This document shows positions 1-15,810 of a stretch of 64,000 bases of DNA, one piece after another. The stretch is from the NCBI GenBank assembly GCA_964016885.1, contig OZ024742.1, positions 243,598,001 to 243,662,000 of the forward strand, read 5' to 3'. Below the pieces are notes generated by a model. That model was not told where the DNA came from. It was given only the letters and a program-made list of their open reading frames with translations, and did no database searches. This stretch comes from Eledone cirrhosa (Eukaryota). Each line of letters begins with the position of its first letter. Position 1 is the first letter of the stretch. Made by a program: the position numbers and the translations under genes.

Positions 1-83
1 TCCAAGCCTGCTTTTTGGCCTTAATTGACCCCTCCACCTTACTGTTCCACCACCATCTATATATATAATATATATATATATAT

Positions 84-114
<31 letters not shown>

Positions 115-298
115 ATATATATATATATATAATATATATATAATATATATATATATATAATATATATATATATATAATATATATATATATATAATATATA
201 TATATATATAATATATATATATATATATAATATATATATATATATAATATATATATATAGATATAAAATATATATATATAGATATAAAATATATATAT

Positions 299-332
<34 letters not shown>

Positions 333-389
333 ATATATATATATAGATATAATATATATATATATAGATATAAATATATATATATATAG

Positions 390-496
<107 letters not shown>

Positions 497-509
497 TATA
501 TATATAAAT

Positions 510-542
<33 letters not shown>

Positions 543-674
543 AATATATATATATAAATATAAATATATATATATAAATATATATATATAAATATATATA
601 TATAAATATATATATATAAATATATATATATAAATATATATATATAAATATATATATATAAATATATATATATA

Positions 675-752
<78 letters not shown>

Positions 753-840
753 TATATATATATAAATATATATAAATATATATATATATAAATATATATA
801 TATATAAATATATATAAATATATAAATATATATATAAATA

Positions 841-1007
841 TGTAAATGTGGTTGGTGTTAGGAAGGGCATCCAACTGTAGAAAACCCGCCAGACAGTCCT
901 ATGCGAGCAAGACAACCACTCTTGCCTCAAGTGGGAAAACCCCCGTCCAAACCCATGCAAGCGTGGAACACGGACGCTAAACCTGATGATGATGATGATG
1001 ATGATGA
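841..1007 (+). mobile_element. 3' tail fragment of RTE-clade LINE ending in (GAT)n
   Basis: GTTAGGAAGGGCATCC...CCCATGCAAGCGTGGAACACGGACG-(GAT)n; the same sequence lies downstream of the RTE ORF at 4953-5351 (- strand). Confidence 0.85.
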
Positions 1008-1036
1008 TATATATATATAAATATATATATATATAA

Positions 1037-1069
<33 letters not shown>

Positions 1070-1070
1070 A

Positions 1071-1149
<79 letters not shown>

Positions 1150-1160
1150 AATATATATAT

Positions 1161-1192
<32 letters not shown>

Positions 1193-1252
1193 ATATATAT
1201 AAATATATATATATATAAATATATATATATATAAATATATATATATATAAAT

Positions 1253-1287
<35 letters not shown>

Positions 1288-1306
1288 AATATATATATAT
1301 ATAAAT

Positions 1307-1337
<31 letters not shown>

Positions 1338-1356
1338 AATATATATATATATAAAT

Positions 1357-1393
<37 letters not shown>

Positions 1394-1402
1394 AATATAT
1401 AT

Positions 1403-1435
<33 letters not shown>

Positions 1436-1438
1436 TAA

Positions 1439-1491
<53 letters not shown>

Positions 1492-1526
1492 TATATAAAT
1501 ATATATATATATATAAATATATAAAT

Positions 1527-1577
<51 letters not shown>

Positions 1578-1614
1578 TATATATATAAATATATAAATAT
1601 ATATATATATAAAT

Positions 1615-1645
<31 letters not shown>

Positions 1646-1680
1646 AATATATATATATATAAATATATATATATATAAAT

Positions 1681-1717
<37 letters not shown>

Positions 1718-1726
1718 AATATATAT

Positions 1727-1823
<97 letters not shown>

Positions 1824-1894
1824 TATATAAATATATATAAATATATATATATATATAAATATATAAATATATATATATATATAAATATATAAAT

Positions 1895-1945
<51 letters not shown>

Positions 1946-2054
1946 TATATATATAAATATAAATATATATATATATAAATATATATATATAAATCTAAAT
2001 ATATATATATATAAATATATATATATAAATATATATAAATATATATATATATAT

Positions 2055-2378
2055 GGCACATGGCTTAGTGGTTAGAGCATTGGCCTTGCAATCGAAAGGT
2101 TGTGAGTTCAATTCTCAGACCGGGTGATGTGTTGTTTCCTTGAGCAAGGCACTTTATTTCACATTGCTCCAGTTTACTCAGCTGTAGAAATGAGATGATA
2201 GGGACTGATCATTCCACTGCAAAGTGGTCGTTGAGGTGCCACGGCAAAAAAGCACCCAGCACTCACTGTAAATGAGGTTGGTGTTAGGAAGGGCATCCAG
2301 CTGTAGAAATCAAGCCAGAATCAGTTCCCGTCCCACCCTTGCAAGCAGGGAAACGTGGACGTAAAATGAAATGATGAT
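2055..2378 (+). mobile_element. tRNA-derived SINE with CORE/V-like body and RTE-derived 3' tail
   Basis: A-box TGGCTTAGTGG, B-box GAGTTCAATTC, central CCTTGAGCAAGGCACTT, 3' part matching the RTE tail, ends in ATGATGAT. Confidence 0.85.
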
Positions 2379-2414
2379 ATATATATATATATATATATAT
2401 AAATATATATATAA

Positions 2415-2447
<33 letters not shown>

Positions 2448-2449
<2 letters not shown>

Positions 2450-2796
2450 TCGTTTCTGAATTTGTTTAGCAAGATTCTTTATCTGAAATCGTGTGTTGAA
2501 ACCGATATTGTTATACTTTGGAAGGGTCATGTTGCCAATAAGAAACACACGTAGGACAGAAGAAAGGAAAGGCACAGAAACAAAGAAAGGAATCCCCAGT
2601 CACTGAAGAGGTCACAGAGTGTGTGACGAAAGGACTATGACTATATATAAACAACTATCTGGTTGTGGAACCAACCAACCAGAAATTTATAAGTTTGTAG
2701 ATTTGTAAATTTATAAATTTATAAATATATAATAAATTGAAGTGAAAGCAACTGGTGCGTGTGTTTCTTATTGGCAACATGATCCTCCCAAAGTAT

Positions 2797-2801
<5 letters not shown>
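2448..2801. mobile_element. Penelope-like (PLE) inverted pLTR remnant, family A copy 1
   Basis: Inverted arms (about 2487-2552 vs 2758-2801), about 50 nt extra tail on one arm only, hammerhead inside, (TA)n on both sides. Confidence 0.75.
2598..2642 (+). ncRNA. Minimal type I hammerhead ribozyme
   Basis: AGTCA-CTGAAGA-g-GTCACA gagtg TGTGAC-GAAA-ggac-TA-TGACT: stem I, intact core, 6-bp stem II, minimal stem III, CUA cleavage triplet. Confidence 0.8.
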
Positions 2802-2849
<48 letters not shown>

Positions 2850-3049
2850 TATAAATATATATATATATATAAATATATATAAATATATATAAATATATAA
2901 ATATATATAAATATATATAAATATAAATATATATATAAATATATATATAAATATATATATATATACATAAATATATATATATATATATATATAAATATAT
3001 ATATATAAATATATATATATAAATATATATATATAAATATATATATATA

Positions 3050-3089
<40 letters not shown>

Positions 3090-3228
3090 AATATATATAT
3101 ATAAATATATATATATAAATATATATAAATAAATATATATATATATATAAATATATATATAAATATATATATATAAATATATATATATAAATATATATAT
3201 AAATATATATATATAAATATATATATAA

Positions 3229-3263
<35 letters not shown>

Positions 3264-3264
3264 A

Positions 3265-3301
<37 letters not shown>

Positions 3302-3302
3302 A

Positions 3303-3349
<47 letters not shown>

Positions 3350-3350
<1 letters not shown>

Positions 3351-4043
3351 ATTGTTATACTTTGGAAGGGTCATGTTGCCAATAAGAAACACACGCACCA
3401 GTTGCTTTCACTTCAATTTATTATATATTTATAAATTTACAAATCTACAAACTTATAAATTTCTGGTTGGTTGGTTCCACAACCAGATAGTTGTTTATAT
3501 ATATAGTCATAGTCCTTTCGTCACACACTCTGTGACCTCTTCAGTGACTGGGGATTCCTTTCTTCGTTTCTGTGCCTTTTCTTTCTTCTATCCTACGCCA
3601 TTTTGTTTCTGTGTGTGTGTTGTGTGCTCAGTTTGCGCATGTGCCACATCCGGGTGTCTGTGTGTGTTTGTGTTCATTTTTCTATTTGTTTATTTATTTA
3701 TTGTTGGTTGGTTGTTTGTTCTATGTGTGTGTGTGTTTTCATTTTGTCCTGTGTGTGTTTTCATTTTGTGTGTGTTTTCAATTGTAAGTTGTTTGTTCTA
3801 TGTGTGTGTGTGTTTTCATTTTGTCCTTAATTGTAAGTTGTGATGTTGCTGTTCCACTCATATTTTCTATTTAATTTTGGTTTTAATTCTTTTATGCTTA
3901 CTGCCTCTATATAATAAATTGAAGTGAAAGCAACTGGTGCGTGTGTTTCTTATTGGCAACATGACCCTTCCAAAGTATAACAATATCGGTTTCAACACAC
4001 GATTTCAGATAAAGAATCTTGCTAAACAAATTCAGAAACGAAA
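3350..4043. mobile_element. PLE inverted pLTR remnant, family A copy 2 (opposite orientation to copy 1)
   Basis: 3350-3600 is the reverse complement of about 2555-2801. 3908-4043 is the tail-bearing arm. GT-rich spacer between; (TA)n flanks. Confidence 0.75.
3505..3549 (-). ncRNA. Minimal hammerhead ribozyme (reverse copy of 2598-2642)
   Basis: Reverse complement of the 2598-2642 motif. Confidence 0.8.
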
Positions 4044-4056
4044 TATATATAAATAT

Positions 4057-4087
<31 letters not shown>

Positions 4088-4104
4088 AATATATATATAA
4101 ATAT

Positions 4105-4139
<35 letters not shown>

Positions 4140-4146
4140 AATATAT

Positions 4147-4185
<39 letters not shown>

Positions 4186-4192
4186 AATATAT

Positions 4193-4231
<39 letters not shown>

Positions 4232-4284
4232 AATATATATATATAAATATATATATATATAAATATATATATATAAATATATAT

Positions 4285-4317
<33 letters not shown>

Positions 4318-4467
4318 AATATATATATATAAATATATATATATAAATATATATATATAAATATATATATATATAAATATATATATAAATATATATATAT
4401 AAATATATATATATAAATATATAAATATAAATATATATATATAAATATATATATAAATATATATATA

Positions 4468-4501
<34 letters not shown>

Positions 4502-4512
4502 ATATATATATA

Positions 4513-4546
<34 letters not shown>

Positions 4547-4614
4547 ATATATATATAAATATATATATAAATATATATATATATAAATATATATATAAAT
4601 ATATATATATATAA

Positions 4615-4645
<31 letters not shown>

Positions 4646-4725
4646 ATATATATATAAATATATATATAAATATATATATATATAAATATATATATAAATA
4701 TATATATAAATATATATATATATAA

Positions 4726-4762
<37 letters not shown>

Positions 4763-4838
4763 AATATATATATAAATATATATATAAATATATATATATA
4801 TAAATATATATATAAATATATATATAAATATATATATA

Positions 4839-4894
<56 letters not shown>

Positions 4895-4952
4895 TATAAA
4901 TATATATATAAATATATATATATATAAATATATATATATAAATATATATATA

Positions 4953-6092
4953 TCATCATCATCATCATCATCAACGTTTAACGTCCGTGTTCCACGCTTG
5001 CATGGGTTTGGACGGGGGTAGTCCCACTTGAGGCAAGAGTGATTGTCTTGCTCGCATAGGACTGTCTGGCAGGTTTTCTACAGTTGGATGCCCTTCCTAA
5101 CACCAACCACATTTACAGTGTGGGTCTGGGAGGTTTTTACCGTGTTGCCTACACGGCCACATTACAGCGTGGACTGTGTGTTTTTTTGTCGTGACACCTA
5201 CACGATCTCATTTGTTTCGGCCTCGATGGCGCGGCACCAACATAACTTTACATAGAACGGGGTGGTGTGGATCGGGTGGGGGTGGGGGGGGGTGGGACGG
5301 GGTGTATTTTGTTAGAGATGCCTACTGGCTGGAGTAGGTTTTACTATATATTTAGGTAAGGCGGGTCTTCTCTGTTACTGAGTACCGCCAAAGGTCTCGG
5401 TCCAGTGACATTGTCTTGGAGAGGTGTAAGTGTGTGATGTCGGAGTTTATCAGCTCGTCCCAGGTTTTTCTAGGTCTGCCTATTCCGTGACTACCGTCTA
5501 TCTTTATTGCCCTGCACTTTGTTATACAGCTATCGACTTTCATGCGCATCACGTGTCCATACCAACGTAGCCTTCTCTCGAGTAAACAACATCTGATCCC
5601 TCTTATCTCTAATTTATTCCTTAGTTCGTTTATGCTTTGCCGTTCACGTATATTACTGTTACACATCCAGCGGAGCATGCAAGCTTCGTTCCTCTCTAGT
5701 CTGCGTATATCCTCTGCACACAATGCCCAGGTCTCACTGCCATGCAGCATTGCTGTTCGTATGCAGGCATCGTACAACCTGCCTTTCATTTTTAGTGAGA
5801 ACCCTTTAGCAGCTAATAGTGGTATAAGCTCTCTGAACTTTTTCCAACCAGTTCTGACTCTAGCTACAGTACTTTCAGAGCACCCTCCCCCACTGCTGAT
5901 TTTATCGCCCAGGTAACGGAAGCTGTCCACTATTTCTATAGAACCCTCTGCGCAATTGAAAGAGCTAGTAGTTTGTGGGCACTTGCTGCTACTTATTGCA
6001 CCAGAGCACCGGCCACATGTAAAATCTATGTTCTTAGTTAGCTTACCTGTGATCCCACTACATCTTTTATGCACCCATACTTTGCATTTAGG
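4953..6092 (-). mobile_element. 5'-truncated RTE-clade LINE: ORF2 C-terminal part (5352-6074), 3'UTR, (GAT)n tail
   Basis: Protein motifs FRYLG, LYDACIRTAMLHGSETW, RRLRWYGHVMR and GRPRKTW are typical of the RTE C-terminus; Cys-rich HKRC...CGRC at the N-terminal end. Confidence 0.92.
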
Positions 6093-6107
6093 ACATAAAA
6101 TATATAT

Positions 6108-6140
<33 letters not shown>

Positions 6141-6320
6141 AATATATATATATAAATATATGTAGATAAATCTACCAAGAGTTTACGGTAGTGTCCAATC
6201 CGTATGAAGAACTCAATGTATTCCGGATATCATGGAAAGAAGAGATGTAATGAAAATCCACTTTCGGTGAAAGATAAACGGTATACAGAGTCAAGATATA
6301 TAAATATATATATATATATA

Positions 6321-6352
<32 letters not shown>

Positions 6353-6460
6353 AATATATATATATAAATATATATATATATAAATATATATATATATAAA
6401 TATATATATATATAAATATATATATATATAAATATATATATATATAAATATATATATATA

Positions 6461-6496
<36 letters not shown>

Positions 6497-6497
6497 A

Positions 6498-6644
<147 letters not shown>

Positions 6645-6664
6645 AATATATATATATAAATATA

Positions 6665-6764
<100 letters not shown>

Positions 6765-6785
6765 ATTATATATATATATATAAAT

Positions 6786-6844
<59 letters not shown>

Positions 6845-6850
6845 ATAAAT

Positions 6851-6884
<34 letters not shown>

Positions 6885-6897
6885 AATATAAATAAAT

Positions 6898-7034
<137 letters not shown>

Positions 7035-7035
7035 A

Positions 7036-7104
<69 letters not shown>

Positions 7105-7141
7105 AATGTATATATATATAAATATATATATATATATAAAT

Positions 7142-7234
<93 letters not shown>

Positions 7235-7243
7235 AATATATAT

Positions 7244-7394
<151 letters not shown>

Positions 7395-7403
7395 AGTATA
7401 TAT

Positions 7404-7486
<83 letters not shown>

Positions 7487-7518
7487 AATATATATATATA
7501 AATATATTATATATATAT

Positions 7519-7575
<57 letters not shown>

Positions 7576-7817
7576 AATATATATAAATATATATATATAT
7601 AAATATATATATAAATAAATATATATATATATATATATAAATATATATAAATATATATATAATATATAAATAAATATATATATATATATATATAAATATA
7701 TATATATAAATAAATATATATATAAATATATATATATATAAATATATATATATAAATATATATATATAAATATATATATATATAAATATATATATATAAA
7801 TATATATATATAAATAA

Positions 7818-7850
<33 letters not shown>

Positions 7851-7881
7851 AATATATAAATAAATATATATATATATAAAT

Positions 7882-7914
<33 letters not shown>

Positions 7915-8043
7915 AATATATATATATAAATATATATATATAAATATATATAAATATATAATATATATATAAATATATATATATAAATATATATATATAA
8001 ATATATATAAATATATAATATATATATAAATATATATATAAAT

Positions 8044-8098
<55 letters not shown>

Positions 8099-8196
8099 TA
8101 TATATATAAATATATAAATATATATATATAAATATATAAATATATACATATAAATATATATATATAAATATATAAATATATATATATAAATATATA

Positions 8197-8330
<134 letters not shown>

Positions 8331-8425
8331 AATATATATATATAAATATATATGTATATATAAATATAGAAATATATATATATATATATAAATATAGAAA
8401 TATATATATATATATATAAATATAG

Positions 8426-8466
<41 letters not shown>

Positions 8467-8481
8467 TATATATATATAAAT

Positions 8482-8582
<101 letters not shown>

Positions 8583-8622
8583 AGAGAAAGAGAGAGAGAG
8601 AGAGCATGGGAAAATGGTCGTA

Positions 8623-8672
<50 letters not shown>

Positions 8673-8677
<5 letters not shown>

Positions 8678-8768
8678 GTCCCCAAAGAATGTATATACAC
8701 TTCAAACACCATTCTAATAAATATTGCCTGTACAGGTAATCAACGCGTGTATACATTTTGGGGGGACA
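8673..8768. mobile_element. Tiny Tc1/mariner-type MITE remnant
   Basis: Imperfect TIRs TGTCCCCAAAGAATGTATATACAC / GTGTATACATTTTGGGGGGACA next to (TA)n. Confidence 0.5.
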
Positions 8769-9699
8769 AAATTTCTACTTGTATTTTTCATATATTATCC
8801 AATTCTTATTGAGGAAAATATTAAATGATATCTCCGGACGATGAATGTTATGATTAATAATAACAATTGAAATGACAGTAGCTAATGTATCTGCCAACAG
8901 TAATTGAGATATGCATTAAGTTTTGAAATAAAAGAGAATGAAGACAGTCAATTTCTTTTTTTTTTTTAAACAATTCCAATTATGATTATATAAAATTAGA
9001 TATGCATTTCCTTCCCCTTTTTTTTTCTTTGTCAATGTAATTAAACTAATAAAATCGATTAATATAAAGCCACACTATTATGCAGTTTACCCAATATAGC
9101 TTTACACACACACAAACTTATTTTGGTTTAATGGGAAATATTGAAAATTTAGGTTAAAAACATGACACGTTGATGAATCCACACTGTCCATATCAATAGT
9201 GATCGTTATTAGCAATATGCAATATTGTCAGTCGGCACTATTACCAATGACAAGTCAACGAAGAAGTTTCTACGCAGCCATTCAACGTGCTAAAAATAGC
9301 AGCCCATTTCATTCATATCTCTCCCTGCTTTCGTCAGATAATATAGCCCCATATATACTCCGCCCAAAAAGTGCAAAAGACAGAAGAGTACAGCTGAAAC
9401 AGTTTGGATTGTTAATCAGCACAGTCAGAACTAACCTGAGGTTAATAAGAACAAACAATATAAAGCATTGGCAGAGAGCTCCTATTTGTTCGTTTGGCCT
9501 GCTACAAATAGCAGCCAAATGTCCCCTCCCCGACTTAAAAAATAAAGACGGATACATTGGATATAATAGTTCTAACTAGCTGTTCTTGAAAAAAACGGGA
9601 TATTCATGGCTGGAATGCTTTTGCTCATAAACATACTCGTTTAGGGTTGACCTGCAGTTAAAAATCAAATACCCGGCATGAAATGTTTGTATGTGTGTT

Positions 9700-9840
<141 letters not shown>

Positions 9841-10232
9841 CAGATGGGGTTGTAAATATTGAGGTAATAAAATCGGATGAGAATGTGGAACGGTCGGAAG
9901 CAACACGCTAACCTAAAAAGGTTTTCTCCGGTACTCCCCAAGGTTACCCACATATCCCTTGAAAAGTTATATATATCCGAGATATATCGGAATTAATAAA
10001 TATTAGCAAAGTAACAATCTCTGGCTTTTCATTTTTCTTTCCTTTCCTTTGCACTCAATCCCAGCCGTCTTCATTGTAGAGGCTTTCAAAACACCCACTT
10101 TTCAATTCCACAATGCTTCAGGCAAACTACAACACATTCATAATGTGTTTGCATGTATGTATGTGTGTGTGTGTATATATAGATATAGATATATAGATAT
10201 AGATATATAGATATATATATATATATATATAA

Positions 10233-10265
<33 letters not shown>

Positions 10266-10390
10266 AATATATATAAATATATATATATATATATAAATAT
10301 ATATATATATAAATATATATAAATATATATAAATATATATATATATAAATATATATAAATATATATATATATAAATATATATATATATAA

Positions 10391-10555
<165 letters not shown>

Positions 10556-10868
10556 AATATATATATAAATATATATATATAAATATATATATAAATATAT
10601 ATATATAAATATATATATATATAAATATATAAATATATATATATATAAATATATAAATATATATATATATATAAATATATATATAAATATATATATAAAT
10701 ATATATATAAATATATATATAAATATATATATAAATATAAATATATATATAAATATATATATAAATATATATATAAATATATATATAAATATATATATAA
10801 ATATATATATAAATATATATATAAATATATATATATATAAATATATATATAAATATATATATATATAA

Positions 10869-10903
<35 letters not shown>

Positions 10904-10962
10904 AATATATATATATATAAATATATATATATATAAATATATATATAAATATATATATATAA

Positions 10963-10995
<33 letters not shown>

Positions 10996-11020
10996 AATAT
11001 ATATATAAATATATATATAA

Positions 11021-11107
<87 letters not shown>

Positions 11108-11172
11108 TATATATAAATATATATATATATAAATATATATATAAATATATATATATATAAATATATATATAA

Positions 11173-11235
<63 letters not shown>

Positions 11236-11272
11236 TATATATAAATATATATATATATAAATATATATATAA

Positions 11273-11321
<49 letters not shown>

Positions 11322-11340
11322 TATATATATATAAATATAT

Positions 11341-11703
11341 ATATTGTTATATTTGGGGAGGGTCATATTTGCGTAATATTGCCAGAATTAATAACAGAAC
11401 ACACTCACTGTTTGGTTGGTTTTCGCTTCTCGCTGTCTTTTATATATATATATCTGCGATCTAGCTTACTCGGTCCTCAATGTTGCCATTGACTGACCGG
11501 CGGTCAGTCAATGGCAACATTGAGGACCGAGTAAGCTAGATCGCAGATATATATATATAAAAGACAGCGAGAAGCGAAAACCAACCAAACAGTGAGTGTG
11601 TTCTGTTATTAATTCTGGCAATATTACGCAAATATGACCCTCCCCAAATATAACAATATCTGTTTCGACACACGATTTCATATAAAAAACCTCGCAAAAC
11701 TAA
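11341..11703. mobile_element. Perfect palindrome (about 159-bp arms, centre 11500) from a PLE-like terminus, with one-sided tail
   Basis: 11341-11499 is the reverse complement of 11501-11659 with a 1-nt spacer. Tail 11660-11703 is homologous to the family A tail. Embedded in (TA)n. Confidence 0.75.
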
Positions 11704-11838
11704 ATATATATATATATAAATATATATATATATAAATATATATATATAAATATATATATATAAATATATATATATAAATATATATATATAAATATATATA
11801 TATAAATATATATAAATATATATATATAAATATATATA

Positions 11839-11874
<36 letters not shown>

Positions 11875-12072
11875 AATATATATATATATAAATATATATA
11901 TATAAATATATATATATAAATATATATAAATATATATATATATAAATATATATATATAAATATATATATATAAATATATATAAATATATATATATAAATA
12001 TATATATATAAATACATATATATAAATATATAAATATATATAAATATAAATATATAAATATATATAAATATA

Positions 12073-12112
<40 letters not shown>

Positions 12113-12129
12113 AATATATATATATATAA

Positions 12130-12164
<35 letters not shown>

Positions 12165-12174
12165 AATATATATA

Positions 12175-12226
<52 letters not shown>

Positions 12227-12236
12227 AATATATATA

Positions 12237-12270
<34 letters not shown>

Positions 12271-12280
12271 AATATATATA

Positions 12281-12336
<56 letters not shown>

Positions 12337-13193
12337 AATATATATATATAAATATATATAAATAAATATATATAAATATATATATATAAATATATATAAA
12401 TATATATATATAAATATATATATATAAATATATATAAATATATATATATAAATATATATATATAAATATATATATATAAATATATATAAATAAATATATA
12501 TAAATATATATATATATAAATAAATATATATATATATAAATAAATATATATATATATAAATAAATATATATATATATAAATAAATATATATATATATATA
12601 TAAATAAATATATATATATATAAATAAATATATATATATATAAATAAATATATATATAAATAAATATATATATATATAAATAAATATATATATATATAAA
12701 TAAATATATATATATAAATAAATATATATATATATAAATAAATATTTATATATATAAATAAATATATATATATATATATATATATATTAATATATATATA
12801 TAAATAAATATATATATATAAATAAATATATATATATAAATAAATATATATATATTTAACTGCTCGGAAATGCCCCTTTCTTGGAGCTGATTAATTGTAA
12901 ACGACTGAGAGTTTAATCTCAAAATATAATATAGTATAGAGAGAGAGAGAGATGTAAAATCCCGATCGCATATATATATATAAGTACATATATACATGCA
13001 TATGAACTCCTTTTTTTCTTTCATCTGAGAGTAAATCTACTAACATTAATTGATTTGTATCTGTGTTTGACTTTTTCAATATATATATATATTAAATTGT
13101 TAAACAATATTCAATGATTATGTCAAAGAATGAGTATATATATAGAGAGAGATAAATATACACGGGTGTGTAGGATTGTGTATAGAAGATTAT

Positions 13194-13568
13194 ATTAATA
13201 AAGGGAATTCCAACTTTGTCTGATTTACTCGTTTTATTTACAATCCTTTAAAATTTATAATGGTATTAGAATGAAATAGTATGGTAAAATATTAAATGTT
13301 AATTGAACAAGTACTTTCATGCTTTCGCAATCTTCAGGTTCATATTGTGTGGTGACAGTCAAGTTTGCAATTTTCACAGTTGAAAATTGCAAACTTGACT
13401 GTCACCACACAATATGAACCTGAAGATTGCGAAAGCATGAAAGTACTTGTTCAATTAACACTTAACATTTAATATTCTACCATACTATTTCATTCTAATA
13501 CCATTATAAATTTTAAAGGATTGTAAATAAAACGAGAAAATCAGACAAAGTTGGAATTTCTTTTATTA

Positions 13569-13570
<2 letters not shown>
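13194..13570. mobile_element. Near-perfect palindrome (about 185-bp arms, spacer 13377-13380) with a hammerhead on each arm; PLE-like
   Basis: TTTGCAATTTTCA-cagt-TGAAAATTGCAAA centre; arms differ by a few substitutions and a short indel. Confidence 0.78.
13415..13453 (+). ncRNA. Minimal hammerhead ribozyme (mirror copy at 13304-13342, - strand)
   Basis: TGAAC-CTGAAGA-t-TGC gaaa GCA-t-GAAA-gtac-TT-GTTCA; GNRA-capped stem II, self-complementary stem III region AAGTACTT. Confidence 0.85.
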
Positions 13571-13605
<35 letters not shown>

Positions 13606-13680
13606 TTGGGGAAATAATTTACTACCACTACAGGAATTGAAGATTCAAAACCTTAGGGGTATGTCCTATAACCAATCTCA

Positions 13681-13743
13681 TATTTTATCTGATGAAAACG
13701 TACTGAGACACCATTGTACCTTTGAAATATGTATAATAAAATA
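13681..13743 (+). ncRNA. Hammerhead ribozyme motif in PLE-like family B
   Basis: TATTTTAT-CTGATGA-stem II (GTAC/GTAC)-GAAA-tatgta-TA-ATAAAATA. Confidence 0.7.
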
Positions 13744-13864
13744 TATACTTTGGTTATGATAATATTTCTCATTTATTAATATTTTGAATATTATATATAT
13801 ACACATATATATATATATATATACACACATATATATATATATATACACATATATATATATATAT

Positions 13865-13910
<46 letters not shown>

Positions 13911-13915
<5 letters not shown>

Positions 13916-14182
13916 TTCAAAATATTAATAAATATAGACATTCAACGTAATCAAAACATTTTATTATATATATTTTGGAGGTACTGTGCTGTTTTTTGAG
14001 TACGTCCTCATCAGATAAAATATATAAACCATCAGCACAGTTGAGGTATGTCATACATCAATTTATATATTTTATCTGATGAGGACGTACTGAAAAAACA
14101 ACACAGTACCTCCAAAATATATATAATAAAATATATTTTGATTACGTTGAATGTCTATATTTATTAATATTTTGAATCAATA
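13911..14182. mobile_element. Inverted PLE-like family B remnant with two mutated hammerheads (GAAA>AAAA)
   Basis: About 13912-14026 is the reverse complement of about 14065-14180; CTGATGAGGACGTACT core; homologous to 50037-50180. Confidence 0.7.
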
Positions 14183-14280
14183 TTAATAACTCCAGAAAAC
14201 TTTTACAGTTGAGTGCTTCTAATCTATTGTAAAACTATATTCATTGATTAATCAATGAACCTTGTTTAACTTTTGGTTAT

Positions 14281-14346
<66 letters not shown>

Positions 14347-14748
14347 CAAAGAGAGTGGGGGGTAATATCTCGATCGTAACCTCTTAGAAAGGGGAGGGGT
14401 GACGATGTCGATTTTTTCCCCATCAGTTTAAACCAAGACCAGATCTTAATGAAATCAAGACGAAATTTATTAATCGCGCATGCTACTTAAAATCGAATAC
14501 ATCAGAGAAGTGAAAAAAATCTCATATATAAGAAGATTAAGTATTCTGACATTGAGTTATAAGTTTAGATAAATGTAAACAAATTCGTTTTTGTTTGTTG
14601 TTTTTTCTGCACACACACACATGCATACCTATATATATATATATATGATGATTTTAATTAGGACTTAGTAGGACCTTTATTCAAACTAGTATTCCATACT
14701 TTAAGCAAATTAGAGTATAGATATTTTAAAACTTGCAAGACCTACACG

Positions 14749-14794
<46 letters not shown>

Positions 14795-15699
14795 GTGTGT
14801 GTGTGTGTAAAACGGTTATTATATATATATATATATATGAATCAAAAATACATTCACTGATTTAAATGCTATACTATCTGGGAAAAAACAAAAATAATGA
14901 CAGCAGCCGTAGGGAAATTTTTTTTGTAATAACAATCACAAGATGCACATATGGTAAGTCAATAAAAACAGTATCGTTCTGGTCCAATTTTTATTGTGAC
15001 CACACCTATTTTTTAAATATATATATAAATATAATAAATGTTCTAAAACGGATAAAGTAGTAAATGAAATCATTCAGGACCTAGTCAGCTGAGAATAAAA
15101 CAGAATGACTTTCTATATGTCAACGTGGAAGATAGAGCTCTGATTTAACACAATCAGTAATTTATTTGTTTTATTATTAAAACATGTGGGATATCAAAGG
15201 TTTTTCTTCTTTTCTATTTTTGCTTATCTCCATATAAATTTAGAAATAAAAACGGTAATTAAATACCATAGAAGTATTAAAATGTAAAAATTGAGATTTG
15301 TTTTTAAAACTAACGGGCGACCTGTTGGCTTTGGCAGTTCATTTTCACACACCTACACGTATAACAACAAACGGATAGAGATGTAGACATAACATACTTA
15401 CCTGATAGGCGATTTTCCCCAGTATTAATATATTGCTTTATCTCTAGTTATATAATTATCGTTCCCTTTTACTTGTGTAAAATTAAAAGTTTGCCAATAT
15501 TGAACTTCTAGTTTGTATTTGTTTAATAAAAGACGGAGAGAGAAAACGGTGTTGTCAGCTGGGATAAACTAGCAGCTTCCCCCCCAAACGCGAAAATTTA
15601 AATAAAATAAAATAAATGGGAAAGCAATTAATGCTCTCAGGAAAATTCCGACGAGTTTACAGATAAAATATAGCAGTCATTTTAGGCTAGATATGTTAA

Positions 15700-15810
15700 A
15701 TGTACCGCAATGATAATATTGTCGGTACGGCAGCCATATTGTCTCTACTGCTACGTGGGCTACGCAAGCGTACTGACGACGGAAGTGATTTAGTACATGA
15801 GAGGTAAATT
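15700..15810. promoter_or_regulatory. Possible host core promoter / first-exon region, possibly bidirectional
   Basis: Locally CpG-rich unique DNA; YY1-like GCAGCCATATT (AATATGGCTGCC on -), ETS-like CGGAAGTG, + donor-like AG|GTAAAT at about 15804, strong - donor CAG|GTAAGTAT at about 15394-15404. Confidence 0.35.

Noticed and set aside
2055-2125. tRNA gene
   Set aside because: A and B boxes run into a SINE body and LINE tail; no convincing cloverleaf.
15394-15404. ATACTTACCTG matches the 5' end of U1 snRNA
   Set aside because: Downstream sequence does not continue as U1; better read as a - strand splice donor.
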